From NCBI GenBank assembly GCA_038207335.1, contig JBBQZX010000026.1:11466-75465 (forward strand): a DNA stretch of 64,000 nucleotides. Reading direction: 5' to 3'. Of this stretch, positions 1 through 9,368 are shown one piece after another. Under the pieces are notes generated by a model. It was not told where the DNA came from and made no database searches. It worked only from the letters and a program-made list of their open reading frames with translations. The stretch is from Chthoniobacterales bacterium. Lineage in GTDB: Bacteria; Verrucomicrobiota; Verrucomicrobiia; Chthoniobacterales; Chthoniobacteraceae. Position 1 is the stretch's first letter; each line of letters opens with the position of its first letter. A program made the translations under genes and the position numbers.

Positions 1-720
1 CCGCGCCGCGCCGACGCTGAGCGTGTGAATCTCGGGGCGCGCGAGGCAGTAGAGGTCATTGAAAGCGATCGGCGAGAGCGGCGCGCAAAGCCCCGTCAAT
101 TTAGTCGGAGGGTGGTAAAGCATCCCTCCTTTGTCCGTCGGGCTGATGATGAACACGCCCATGTCCCGCGCCGTCGCCGCCCGCACCGCCGCCCAGTTGT
201 AGTCGTTCACGAAATACCAGTGCACGTTCACGTAATCGAACTCGCCCGTCTCGACCACGCGCAGGATCGTGTCGGGCGTGCCGTGCGTGGAAAATCCGAT
301 GAAGCGGCAGCGCCCGTCACGCTGGAATCGGCGCGCCGCCTCCATGCAGCCTCCGGGCCGGAGCGTCCAGTCGAGCAGCTCCGCGTTATTGATTCCGTGG
401 ATCGAGAGAAGATCGACATGATCGAGCTTCAGCATCCGCATCGAAGTCTCGAATTTCTCCACGAACTCCGCCGCGCTTTCCGTCGGCGAGACTTTCGTCT
501 GCACGATCATTTTCTCGCGTGGCAGCTTCGGCAGCAGCCAGCCGAGCTGCATTTCGCTCGATCCATATCCGCGCGCCGTTTCGATGTGATTGATCCCCAG
601 TTCCAGCGCACGCAAGACAGTCGCCTCCAGGTTGCGCTGATTTTCCTCCGGCACATCCTCTGGCGCGCAGTCGTCCCACTTGTGCTGATATCGCATCCCT
701 CCGCACGAAAAGACGGGCAT
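1..720 (-). CDS. Aldo/keto reductase family oxidoreductase (5' complete, C-terminus runs off the window start)
   Basis: Not in the ORF track because there is no in-window stop. My reverse-complement translation from ATG (cat at 718-720) gives MPVFSCGGMRYQHKWDDCAPEDVPEENQRNLEATVLRALELGINHIETARGYGSSEMQLG...HVDLLSIHGINNAELLDWTL...NDLYCLARPEIHTLSVGAAR. It stays open to position 1 and shows AKR-like GINHIETA..YG.SE motifs. Confidence 0.85.
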   Translation of the reverse strand, partial: MPVFSCGGMRYQHKWDDCAPEDVPEENQRNLEATVLRALELGINHIETARGYGSSEMQLGWLLPKLPREKMIVQTKVSPTESAAEFVEKFETSMRMLKLDHVDLLSIHGINNAELLDWTLRPGGCMEAARRFQRDGRCRFIGFSTHGTPDTILRVVETGEFDYVNVHWYFVNDYNWAAVRAATARDMGVFIISPTDKGGMLYHPPTKLTGLCAPLSPIAFNDLYCLARPEIHTLSVGAAR

Positions 721-808
721 CTGGAGTTCTGTGCGACCGAAGCGGCGATATTTCATTGCGCGGATTTTCACCGTGCGCCCGCCGCGGGCAACGAAGATCG
801 TGTCGGAA

Positions 809-1555
809 ATGCGCATCGTGCTGCTCGCACTTTTCATCGCCATCGCCGCGCTCGCCGCGTGGTACATCACAGCGAGAAACGCCGACGATTGGGAAATAAT
901 CGACGCTGCCGGGCGAATCGCACGTGCTCGCAAAGCCCGCGCAGGCTTGATCTCCGAGCGGTTCAAGGCCGCAGGTGTCGCATATCCGCCGCGCGAGATT
1001 TTCCTGCGCGCCTTCAAGCATGAGGCCGCGCTCGAGCTTTGGGCGCGGGACAACCGCGCCGCATTTACGCTCGTCGCGACCTACCCGATCCTCGCGTCGT
1101 CCGGCGTGCCGGGACCGAAGCGCAGGGAAGGGGACCGGCAGGTGCCGGAGGGCTTTTACCGAGTCGATCGTTTCAATCCCATGAGCGCATATCATCTCTC
1201 GCTCGGCCTCGATTACCCGAATGCCGCCGACCTCAGACGTTCCGATGCCGCTCGCCCCGGCGGCGACATTTTCATCCACGGAAAAGCCGTCACGATCGGC
1301 TGCATCCCAATCGGCGACTCCGCGATCGAAGAGCTGTTCCTGATCGCGCTCGACGCTCGCGATGCCGACCAGCGCGACGTCAGCGTTCACATCTTTCCCG
1401 CGCGGATGAGCGGCCCGGATTGGGAGATATTTTTAAAACGTGAAATCGCCCGCGATCCAGCTCTGGCGGGCTTTTGGCAGTCATTACGGCCCGACTACGA
1501 AGCCTTCGAGCGCGATCATCGCACGCTGGAAAAAGCGCCCATCGCAGTCGATTGA
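809..1555 (+). CDS. L,D-transpeptidase family protein (YkuD/YafK-like)
   Basis: Track ORF 731..1555 trimmed to ATG 809 (MRIVLLALFIAIAALAAW, TM/signal anchor). The catalytic-region motif IFIHG...TIGCIPI (His...Cys) is typical of the YkuD fold. Confidence 0.8.
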   Translation: MRIVLLALFIAIAALAAWYITARNADDWEIIDAAGRIARARKARAGLISERFKAAGVAYPPREIFLRAFKHEAALELWARDNRAAFTLVATYPILASSGVPGPKRREGDRQVPEGFYRVDRFNPMSAYHLSLGLDYPNAADLRRSDAARPGGDIFIHGKAVTIGCIPIGDSAIEELFLIALDARDADQRDVSVHIFPARMSGPDWEIFLKREIARDPALAGFWQSLRPDYEAFERDHRTLEKAPIAVD

Positions 1556-1627
1556 ATCCTACCTATCGACGCACTCCTCAACAGCCTCGTTATTCCCGAT
1601 CTCTGGCAGCAGGACGCCGTCCATGCG

Positions 1628-3967
1628 TTGCGAGCCGGGCGCGATGTCGTCGTCCACGCGCCAACCGGCGCGGGAAAGACTTACATTTTCGAGCTGCTCT
1701 ATCCGGCATTGCGCGGGCAGGCGATTTTCACCGTGCCGACTCGCGCACTCGCAAATGACAAGCTCGCCGAATGGCGCGCGCGCGGCTGGGACGTGGGCAT
1801 CGCGACCGGCGATCTCGCGCTGCGGCTCGATGCGAAAGTCGTCGTCGCCACGCTCGAAACGCAGAAGGGAAAATTCCTCCAGCGCACCGGACCGCGCCTG
1901 CTCGTGGTGGATGAATATCAGATGATCGGCGATCCGGTGCGCGGGGTGAACTACGAGCTCTCGCTCGCGCTCGCCCCGGCCGGGACGCAGCTCCTGCTGC
2001 TCAGCGGTAGCGTGGGAAATCCCGCGGCGATCGTCGATTGGCTGCGCCGCATCGGGCGCGACGCCGTGCTCGTGTCGCATGCCGAGCGACCCGTGCCGCT
2101 GGAGGAAATCGATTTCGGATCGCTTCCAAATCGAGCACCTGCGGGCCTTCGCGGCTGGTGGCCGCGTCTCGTGGCAAATGCGCTGCGCGCCGATCTCGGC
2201 CCCATCCTGCTCTTCGCCCCGCGCCGAAATGCCGCCGAGGAACTTGCGCAACAACTCACCGCCGCGCTGCCGCCCGACGAGCCTCTTACGCTCACGCCCG
2301 ATCAGCAGCTCCTAGCCGGCTCTCGCCTCGCCCGGCTGCTTCATGCGCGCGTGGCCTTTCATCACAGCGGCCTGAGCTACGCGCAGCGCGCCGGGCTCAT
2401 TGAGCCGCTCGCGAAAAATGGACAGCTCCGAGTGGTGGTAGCGACGATGGGACTCGCCGCTGGGATCAATTTTTCCATGCGATCGGTCGCGATCACCGGC
2501 ACCACTTTCAAGGCCGGAAATTTCGAGCGCCAGGTCGCGCCGGATGAGCTGCTGCAAATGTACGGACGCGCCGGACGCCGCGGCCTCGACGAAACGGGAT
2601 ACGCGCTCGTGACGGAATCGCCGCGCCTCCACGATGCCCGTCCGCGCCTGTTGCGTCGGGCATCTCCGGTCGATTGGCCGACGCTGATCGCCGTGATGCA
2701 GGGCGCGTATGAAAGTGGCGCCGAGCCGTTCGAGTCCGCGCTCGAGTTGAATCGGCGGCTCTTCACGCCGGTCGAAATCCCGCTCGGAGTCGAGCACTCG
2801 CGCGGGACCGGAAAAATGCCGTGCGGCTTCTCCGTGGACATGGAGCGCGCACGATTTGCGCGCCGCGGAGTCGTCGAAATGCTCAACTCGCGCGGCGAAT
2901 GGGAGAGCCGCCCGCGCGACCAAATCGACGCGCCCCTCGGCGACGCGCTCGTGCAAGAACACGGACGCTGGCGTCCCGCACTCTCATTGGCTCGCAGCCT
3001 TCACGGAGTCGGCATCGGCGGGCTGTGCAAGCTCGCCGAGGGGAACGAAAAGCGATACGGCCGCGAAGTGCCCGTCGGCATACGTCGCGGCGACGGCACG
3101 CTGGCGCTCGCCCCGTCGCTGCGTCGCATTTTCAAGCGACCGCGCATCGACGAAGCCGCGCTGCAAAACGAAATCCTCCCTCGCCTCATAGAACTCTCGG
3201 GCACCGGCGCACACCTCGCCGCGCTCGTCCCGCGCGGCGAGCAGCTCCTCGCGCGATTCCGTTTCGACGAGCTTCCCGTCCGCACGTGGATCGACTCGTA
3301 CGGACGCGCGATCATCGACCCGCCCGAACGTCGCGAGCTGCCCGAGCCGTGTCGCGCCTGCGTCGAACTGCCGTGGTGTACCGGCGTCGAGATCACTGCC
3401 TCGCCCGCGCACGCTTGGCGGCGGCTTGGCCTCATCGAGCCCGGCGGGGTGCCGACGCGGCGCGGGAGCATCTTCAGCTTCTTCCAGCATGGTGAAGGCC
3501 TGGCCGTGGCCGCCGCTCTGGAGGACGAAAGCTACCCGATCGACGACCTCATTTTCGACCTCGCGAATCTCCGCGCCGGCCCGCGTTTTGGGGGCGATGA
3601 ATCACCATTCGGCGGGCGGCTCGGCGCGCTCTGCCAGCAAATCTACGAGCGCGCTGACCTGCCAGGATATTTGGAAATGGGCGTGCCGATCGCATACGGC
3701 GCGGGAGCCAGCGAGGTCGTGCGCGAGATCGTGGAGCACCAGACCGTACGGCAGAAACTGCTCACCGATTCGCTCCGGCAGGGCGACCTCGATCGCGCGA
3801 TCATCGAGTGGCGCAGTCTTCTGCGCCACATCGTTTGGGCGCCCGCGCACGACTGGCCGCGTTGGGCTGCGCTGCAATCCGCGGCAGGGCGTTTCGTCGA
3901 GCAAATCGTCTCGCCCGCAAACGCCGATTTTCCCCCGCTCACCGCCGCACAAAGCCGGCGACTGTAG
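1628..3967 (+). CDS. DEAD/DEAH-box (Ski2-like superfamily 2) helicase; the true N-terminus is probably upstream of 1628
   Basis: Walker A HAPTGAGKT, DExx box VVDEYQ, motif III LSGS, HHSGL, ATMGLAAGINF, and motif VI QMYGRAGRRG. The first canonical start is TTG 1628 (see finding on the start codon). Confidence 0.85.
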   Translation: MRAGRDVVVHAPTGAGKTYIFELLYPALRGQAIFTVPTRALANDKLAEWRARGWDVGIATGDLALRLDAKVVVATLETQKGKFLQRTGPRLLVVDEYQMIGDPVRGVNYELSLALAPAGTQLLLLSGSVGNPAAIVDWLRRIGRDAVLVSHAERPVPLEEIDFGSLPNRAPAGLRGWWPRLVANALRADLGPILLFAPRRNAAEELAQQLTAALPPDEPLTLTPDQQLLAGSRLARLLHARVAFHHSGLSYAQRAGLIEPLAKNGQLRVVVATMGLAAGINFSMRSVAITGTTFKAGNFERQVAPDELLQMYGRAGRRGLDETGYALVTESPRLHDARPRLLRRASPVDWPTLIAVMQGAYESGAEPFESALELNRRLFTPVEIPLGVEHSRGTGKMPCGFSVDMERARFARRGVVEMLNSRGEWESRPRDQIDAPLGDALVQEHGRWRPALSLARSLHGVGIGGLCKLAEGNEKRYGREVPVGIRRGDGTLALAPSLRRIFKRPRIDEAALQNEILPRLIELSGTGAHLAALVPRGEQLLARFRFDELPVRTWIDSYGRAIIDPPERRELPEPCRACVELPWCTGVEITASPAHAWRRLGLIEPGGVPTRRGSIFSFFQHGEGLAVAAALEDESYPIDDLIFDLANLRAGPRFGGDESPFGGRLGALCQQIYERADLPGYLEMGVPIAYGAGASEVVREIVEHQTVRQKLLTDSLRQGDLDRAIIEWRSLLRHIVWAPAHDWPRWAALQSAAGRFVEQIVSPANADFPPLTAAQSRRL

Positions 3968-4036
3968 CCGGGATCGGTGATCGCCCGGGCGACGATCGCG
4001 AGCCTCGTCCAGTCGGGATCACCGATCCCGACTACA
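3963..4036. terminator. Long inverted repeat (19-bp arms, 1 mismatch) between convergent genes; candidate bidirectional terminator
   Basis: tgtagccgggatcggtgatc at 3963-3982 pairs with gatcaccgatcccgactaca at 4017-4036. It lies between the helicase stop (3967) and the M14 peptidase stop (4032) and has no clear U-tract. Confidence 0.45.
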
Positions 4037-4826
4037 GCGCACACGCTGCATCGAGCATTTTGAAAACGCCGGGTTCGACCGCGCGGAGATAGCCTTCCGA
4101 GTCGCGGCTCCAGATTTTGCGCAACGTCTCCAGATGATCCGTAGGCAATTCCTCGGGTCGGGCGGGCAGCGCGGAATCGAACGGGAGTTCGAGCGTGATC
4201 ATCGCTGGCGCGCTCCCATCCGCGTAGCGCAAGCCGTAACCGCACCACTGCCCAAGCGAGCCGGGACACGCGGCGTATGTTTTCTGCAAGCGGCGTTTCC
4301 CGCGCCCAAGTTCGGTCACGCGCAGCCGGTATGGCCGCCTCTCATTTTCTTCCAGCGAATCCCACATCGCCTGCGCCAACTCCGTGGACTGCGCGCCGTC
4401 GGCGTCGATCTCCGCGAGCGCCCAGTGGAGACTCACGATTTTCGCGGGCTCCGCCTTGAGAATGAAATCGCGCAGCGCACGGCTCTCCATCTCCGACCAC
4501 GGCTCCGGGCCCGATGGCTCCTCGCTGTCCGCGTGCCAATTGGTCCCGCAGTTCCGATTCAGATCGACGCCGCGCGCGTTGTAGCGCGAGTTCCGCGCCG
4601 CGCTGTCGGGATTGCATAGCGGCAGAGCGAAAACCGCAGCCTCGAACATTTCCAATCGGTTCGCCGCGAATTTTTCGACCAGTGAAATCGTCGCCTTCTC
4701 ATCGCCGTGCATCCCGCCGACGAGAAACGTCGAGCCACCACGGCCATCGGACATCGCGCGATGGTTTGCGAAAATCGTAAGGTCGCGTCCTTCGATGGAG
4801 CGGCCGATGCTGCGGCTTTCAAGCAT
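4032..4826 (-). CDS. M14-family zinc carboxypeptidase/amidase (MpaA-like murein peptide amidase)
   Basis: Motifs GGMHGDE (Zn His/Glu), NPDS, VDLNRN and SLHW match the M14 succinylglutamate-desuccinylase/MpaA-like pattern. Confidence 0.75.
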   Translation of the reverse strand: MLESRSIGRSIEGRDLTIFANHRAMSDGRGGSTFLVGGMHGDEKATISLVEKFAANRLEMFEAAVFALPLCNPDSAARNSRYNARGVDLNRNCGTNWHADSEEPSGPEPWSEMESRALRDFILKAEPAKIVSLHWALAEIDADGAQSTELAQAMWDSLEENERRPYRLRVTELGRGKRRLQKTYAACPGSLGQWCGYGLRYADGSAPAMITLELPFDSALPARPEELPTDHLETLRKIWSRDSEGYLRAVEPGVFKMLDAACAL

Positions 4827-4872
4827 TCACTTTCCTGCAATGCCCTCACTCCGCATGAAAGGCGAAAATGCG

Positions 4873-5604
4873 TTAGCGAGGCGCAGGACTGTTGCTCCGC
4901 CCGACCGATCCATTGCCTGTCGCACGGCCGTCCGCCTTCGTCGTAATATCGTTGTCAGTCGCCGCTTTCGACCCCGGTTGCGTGGTGATGTCTTTGTCCG
5001 TCCGGGCCTTCGAACCAGGTTGCGTCGTGATGTCGTGATCGGTGAGCGCTTTCGATCCCGGCTGTGTGGTGATGTCGTTATCAGTGCGCGCTTTCATCCC
5101 CGGCTGAGTGGTGATGTCGTTGTCGATTCGTGCCTTCGATCCCGGCTGCGTCGTAATATCACCGTCGGTCAATGCGGGATTCGCGAGCGGGAGCGTGGCG
5201 CGCGGTGTGGGGATGAGCGGCGCTGTTGGAAGCGTTCCCGGAGCTGTGACCACTGCGGGGGCGGTCGCATTCGGATCGGCGATCGAGACTTTGCTCACGA
5301 CCAGTCGCCCGTCGCGAGTCGCGTAGTGAACCGTGACTGGCATATCTGCACGGATCGTGGCGAATGTCGCGGGAGTGCCGTCGTTTGTCTGCACGGTCGC
5401 TTCACTCAACCCATAAAATGTGATCGGCCCGCGCGTTTGCTCCGAAAAGATCGTCATCGCACCGTTCTTGGAATCCACCGTGATCACTTTTCCAGTTGAG
5501 ACAGGCGCACTTGGTGATGATGCGACAGGAACGCTGACTTGCGCCTGAAGAGTTGAGCCGATGGTCAGAGCGAAAATGGCGCAGAGAGTGGAAATGGTTT
5601 TCAT
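4873..5604 (-). CDS. Secreted protein with six C-terminal 14-aa tandem repeats (DITTQPGSKARTDN)
   Basis: Track ORF 4873..5634 trimmed to MKTISTLCAIFALTIGSTLQAQ (signal peptide). Coding-like composition; the repeats are read directly from the translation. Confidence 0.7.
   Translation of the reverse strand: MKTISTLCAIFALTIGSTLQAQVSVPVASSPSAPVSTGKVITVDSKNGAMTIFSEQTRGPITFYGLSEATVQTNDGTPATFATIRADMPVTVHYATRDGRLVVSKVSIADPNATAPAVVTAPGTLPTAPLIPTPRATLPLANPALTDGDITTQPGSKARIDNDITTQPGMKARTDNDITTQPGSKALTDHDITTQPGSKARTDKDITTQPGSKAATDNDITTKADGRATGNGSVGRSNSPAPR
4912..5160. repeat. 42-nt tandem repeat, about 6 copies, in-frame coding repeat
   Basis: Repeated gtgatgtcgttgtc...cgatcccggctg units are visible on the + strand. 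They encode DITTQPG(S/M)KA(R/L/A)(I/T)D(N/H/K). Confidence 0.85.
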
Positions 5605-5942
5605 AGAAAGCAGCGGTTTGGATTTAGAGGGCACAGGTACGGATCGAAATCACGCACACCCTGAATCGTCGCGCTCGCCGCCAGCGGACGCCCGCGGAGC
5701 CTCATCCGGACGGGCGACGATAAACCCAAGTAGCGCCAATGCCATGGGAGGCGCCATGCCGGAATGAGAAAAAAATTGCCCCGCGCGGTCGGCGAAGCCG
5801 GTTCCGCGCGGAGCGCTCCACCCCTGGAGAATTTCCCTCAGTCGAGGGCTGAAATTTGAAATTCACTGTTCACCGCAGTCAGCAAATCCGCAAGTGGGGC
5901 CGTCCCCTAGCGATGGATGAGGGAACGCACCGCGCCCCGACT

Positions 5943-6899
5943 TTATCGCACCGCGCTGCGTGCGCCGGCACAGAGATAGAGCACCGCCATCCGCACCGCG
6001 AGGCCGTTGGTTACTTGATCCAGGATCACCGATCGCGCGCTGTCCGCGAGGTCGCTGTCGATCTCGATCCCGCGATTGATCGGCCCCGGGTGCATGATGA
6101 GCGCGCCCGGTTTCAGCCGCTCCGCGCGCTTTTTCGTGAGACCGAAAAGCGACGTGTATTCGCCGAGCCCTGGAAAATATTCCTTCCGCTGCCGCTCGTG
6201 CTGGATGCGCAAAAGATTCACCACATCGACCTCCGGCAGCACCGAATCCAAATCGTGCGACACCTCCACGCCCATCTGCTCGAACGTCCGCGGCACCAGC
6301 GTGCTCGGGCCGACCAGCGTCACGCGCGCGCCGAGTTTCAGCAGCGCGTGGATATTCGACCGCGCTACGCGGCTGAACAAAATATCGCCGATGATCGCGA
6401 CGTGAATCCCCGCAATGCGTCCCAGCTTTTCGCGGATCGTAAATGTGTCGAGAAGCGCCTGCGTTGGGTGCGCATGCGCCCCATCGCCCGCATTGATGAT
6501 GCTCGCCTCCAGCCGCTCCGCGAGGAACTGCGCCGCGCCCGCCGAGCTGTGCCGAATCACGATAATGTCCGCATGATTCGCCTCCAGAATCTTCGCCGTG
6601 TCCTTCAGCGTCTCGCCCTTCACGAGGCTCGATGTGCTCGCGGAAATATTGATCACATCCGCGCTCAGCCGGATTGCCGCCAGCTCAAATGAAGTCCGCG
6701 TCCGCGTGCTCGCCTCCACGAAGAAATTCACGAGCGTCTTACCCCGCAATGCCGGCACCTTCTTGATCTCGCGCGTCCCGACCTGCTTGAAGGCCGCCGC
6801 CGAATCGAGAATGTGCGTGATCTCCGCGGCGCTCAGCGGCTCGATCCCGACGAGGTCCTTGCGCGTCCACTCGGTGTCGGTTGTGAGTTCGGGAGGCAT
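5943..6899 (-). CDS. pyrB: Aspartate carbamoyltransferase catalytic subunit
   Basis: STRTRTSFE (carbamoyl-phosphate binding), HPTQALLD and HPGP motifs. Trimmed to ATG 6899 (MPPELTT...), so it no longer overlaps pyrR. Confidence 0.93.
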   Translation of the reverse strand: MPPELTTDTEWTRKDLVGIEPLSAAEITHILDSAAAFKQVGTREIKKVPALRGKTLVNFFVEASTRTRTSFELAAIRLSADVINISASTSSLVKGETLKDTAKILEANHADIIVIRHSSAGAAQFLAERLEASIINAGDGAHAHPTQALLDTFTIREKLGRIAGIHVAIIGDILFSRVARSNIHALLKLGARVTLVGPSTLVPRTFEQMGVEVSHDLDSVLPEVDVVNLLRIQHERQRKEYFPGLGEYTSLFGLTKKRAERLKPGALIMHPGPINRGIEIDSDLADSARSVILDQVTNGLAVRMAVLYLCAGARSAVR

Positions 6900-6924
6900 C
6901 TTTAATTTCGTGGAAAATCGCGCC

Positions 6925-7509
6925 TCACGCGTGCTCGAGCCAGACTGAATCAGGCACGCCATCCAGTGCCTCCAGCCGCACGAAAACACGCTCGCCCATC
7001 TGCGTCGGCAGATTCTTCCCCACGAAATCCGCGTGGATCGGCAGCTCCCGATGACCCCGGTCGATCAGCGCCGCGAGCTGAATCTGCGCGGGCCGTCCAA
7101 AGCTCGAAAGCGAATCCATCGCCGCCCGGCAGGTGCGGCCGGAAAAGAGCACGTCATCCACGAGCACGAGCCTCTTGTCGGTGAGTTCGGCAGGCAATTC
7201 CGTCGGCTGCATCGCCCACATCCGGCGCCGCGTGTGCAAGTCATCGCGATGCATCGACACATCGATGATCCCCGTCTCGATGCGCACCTTTTCAAACTGC
7301 CCGATGAACCCCGCCAGCCGCCGCGCCAGTTCCACACCGCGCGATGGAATGCCGACCAGCACGACTTTTTCCAGCTCCGGATTCCGCTCGATGATCTCGT
7401 GCGCGATCCGCTTCAGCGCGCGCTCGATCGCCATCCCATCGAGGATCAGCACCGCTCCCGGCGACGGGGCACCGGGCAGCGTGGTAGAGAGTTTTGTGTT
7501 GTCTGGCAT
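6925..7509 (-). CDS. pyrR: Bifunctional pyrimidine operon regulator / uracil phosphoribosyltransferase
   Basis: PRPP-binding motif [13 protein letters not shown]. Typical PyrR length after trimming to ATG 7509, and it sits immediately upstream of pyrB. Confidence 0.9.
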   Translation of the reverse strand: MPDNTKLSTTLPGAPSPGAVLILDGMAIERALKRIAHEIIERNPELEKVVLVGIPSRGVELARRLAGFIGQFEKVRIETGIIDVSMHRDDLHTRRRMWAMQPTELPAELTDKRLVLVDDVLFSGRTCRAAMDSLSSFGRPAQIQLAALIDRGHRELPIHADFVGKNLPTQMGERVFVRLEALDGVPDSVWLEHA

Positions 7510-7558
7510 TTCCTTCGCGACCTCGCGGGATCGCATTTAAAGGGCTTGCGGGCGTCGC

Positions 7559-7813
7559 TCAGTTCTCTCCGAGCGGACGATGCCGCTGCGTGCGCCACGT
7601 CGAGCGGTGCTTCACGATCCAGTCGAGCAGCGCCTTCTCAAAGCCGATGTCATGTCCCGCCTTCTCGCTCTCGATCCATTTGTGGCGCAGGATTTCCTCA
7701 CGCTCGGCGAGGAATTCCTTGTAGAGCAGCGATTCGGTGACGAGGTCGGAGTCGTCGTCGTTGGTTGGGCTCATGGAGGGGAGGGAGGTAAGCGAATTCA
7801 TAAGCAGACTCAA
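7559..7813 (-). CDS. Small conserved hypothetical protein (acidic N-terminus; HKWIESEKAGHDIG motif)
   Basis: Complete 84-aa ORF between mrp and pyrR on the same strand, with coding-like composition. I recognise the motif as recurring in small bacterial proteins but cannot name the family. The start could instead be 7801 or 7774. Confidence 0.55.
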   Translation of the reverse strand: MSLLMNSLTSLPSMSPTNDDDSDLVTESLLYKEFLAEREEILRHKWIESEKAGHDIGFEKALLDWIVKHRSTWRTQRHRPLGEN

Positions 7814-7817
7814 TGCC

Positions 7818-8867
7818 TTATGCAGTCAAGGATTCACGCAATTGTCGCGCAATTTTTTCGAACGTCTTCGCCACCGCACCCTCCGGGTCCGCGATCGTCA
7901 CCGGCAAGCCCCTATCCCCGCCCTCCCGCGTCGCCATGTCGATCGGGATCTGCGCGAGCAGCGGCACCTTCAGCCGCGCCGCCTCCCTCTCGCCTCCGCC
8001 GCTTCCGAAAATATCATACCGCACCCCATCACTCGGGCACAGGAAGTAGCTCATATTCTCAACAAGCCCCAGCACCGGCACATTCACCTTCTGAAACATC
8101 GTCGCCGCCTTCCGCGCATCGATCAGCGCCACCTCCTGCGGCGTCGTCACGATCAGCGCCCCCGTCAGCGCCACCGTCTGCACGATCGTCAGTTGGATAT
8201 CACCCGTCCCCGGCGGCAGATCGAGTATCAGAAAATCCAACTCGCCCCACTCCACCCATCGTAGGAATTGCTGCGTGTACTTCGTCACCATCGGCCCCCG
8301 CAGGATCGCCGGCGACGCATCATCGATCAGGAAACTCATCGACATCAGCCGCACCCCATGCCGCTCCACCGGCGAAATCCGGTTCGTCTCCTGATCCGCC
8401 ATCGGCCGCTCCGTCGTCCCGAACATCAGCCCCATACTCGGCCCGTACAAATCGCAATCGCACAGCCCCACCGCCGCTCCCCCCTGCTGCAGCGCGATCG
8501 CCAGATTCGCCGCCACCGTCGATTTCCCCACGCCCCCCTTACCACTCGCCACCGCGATCACGTGCCGCACCCCCTCGATCTGCGAAGCCCCACCCGCCCC
8601 ACCCGCCGTCGCCGGCCCCGCAGGCGCTTGGATATCGATCCGCACCACCACATTCCCCACCCCCGGCAGCCCGCGGAGCGCCGCCTCCGACTCCTCCTTA
8701 ATCGCCTGCGGCACCTTCGCATCCGCCGTCGTCAGCGTCATCTGCACCACCACCTCCGACCCATTCACCCGCACATCCTTCACCAGCCCAAACGACACGA
8801 TATCCCGGGTAAACCCCGGGTATTTGACAGTGGAAAGTCTCTCTCTGACGTCTTCAGGCGTGATCAT
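7818..8867 (-). CDS. apbC: Mrp/NBP35 (ApbC) family iron-sulfur cluster carrier ATPase
   Basis: N-terminal DUF59-like domain (YPGFTRDIVSFGLV), deviant Walker A SGKGGVGKST, and CPSDG (CxxC-like) motif. Trimmed to ATG 8867 (MITPEDV). Confidence 0.9.
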   Translation of the reverse strand: MITPEDVRERLSTVKYPGFTRDIVSFGLVKDVRVNGSEVVVQMTLTTADAKVPQAIKEESEAALRGLPGVGNVVVRIDIQAPAGPATAGGAGGASQIEGVRHVIAVASGKGGVGKSTVAANLAIALQQGGAAVGLCDCDLYGPSMGLMFGTTERPMADQETNRISPVERHGVRLMSMSFLIDDASPAILRGPMVTKYTQQFLRWVEWGELDFLILDLPPGTGDIQLTIVQTVALTGALIVTTPQEVALIDARKAATMFQKVNVPVLGLVENMSYFLCPSDGVRYDIFGSGGGEREAARLKVPLLAQIPIDMATREGGDRGLPVTIADPEGAVAKTFEKIARQLRESLTA

Positions 8868-8885
8868 GCGGGCGCGCACTCTCCG

Positions 8886-8907
8886 CAAAAAATCTCGAAA
8901 GTCGAGA
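8886..8907 (-). terminator. Terminator-like hairpin plus U-tract on the minus strand, about 20 nt upstream of the mrp start
   Basis: The minus strand reads TCTCGA-CTT-TCGAGA followed by TTTTTTG. The stem is short (6 bp), so this is weak. Confidence 0.3.
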
Positions 8908-9368
8908 AACCCCGTTCCAAAAAAATCCCGTCTCTCCTCATCACTCGTCCATCCCTCCGCGCAGCCCCTGCGCAACGCCACCGCCCCATTCATTCGGGGT
9001 AAAAATCGCACTCTTTCGGCTCCATCGCAGCTTGAGGCTCTCGGAAAGCATCCACAGACCCGGCCGCCCCCGCTTACCCCAGGAAATGCCCGGCCCGCCC
9101 TTAAAAAACGAAGCCAAAAAATGGCAATCCGTGACTAGGGAAGCCGATCCGTGACCGAGGGAAGCGCCTCGTGCCTAAAGAAAGCCGCTATTCGACAAGA
9201 GCTTCCTATAACATGAACAAGAAAAGCCTCCTTACGACGTAAATCCGCACCCTCCGCCTTTCCTTTGTAACACGGCTTTGGCATTGCCCGCCAGTCTGCG
9301 CCCACTCGGAAGGCACCCTTATGTCCACGCTTTTTCCGCGCCGCCACGCTTGATCTCCTCGAGCCGGA

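Noticed and set aside
25-1023. 332-aa + strand ORF at the window start
   Set aside because: It is Arg-rich and low-complexity, and lies antisense to a convincing aldo/keto reductase reading frame (1..720, minus) and to the transpeptidase upstream region. This is a typical high-GC shadow ORF.
4912-5160. Tandem repeats as a possible CRISPR array or minisatellite
   Set aside because: The repeats are contiguous with no spacers, in-frame and translated into a 14-aa protein repeat. No cas genes are present in the window.
6900-7558. PyrR-binding attenuator (anti-antiterminator loop) upstream of pyrR or between pyrR and pyrB
   Set aside because: The pyrR-pyrB spacer is only 25 nt. The 49-nt region upstream of pyrR shows no convincing PyrR binding-loop consensus or terminator/antiterminator alternative that I could fold by eye.
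7580-8701. 373-aa Pro/Ser/Ala/Arg-rich + strand ORF
   Set aside because: It is entirely antisense to the well-supported mrp/apbC gene, and its composition is that of a GC-rich antisense frame.
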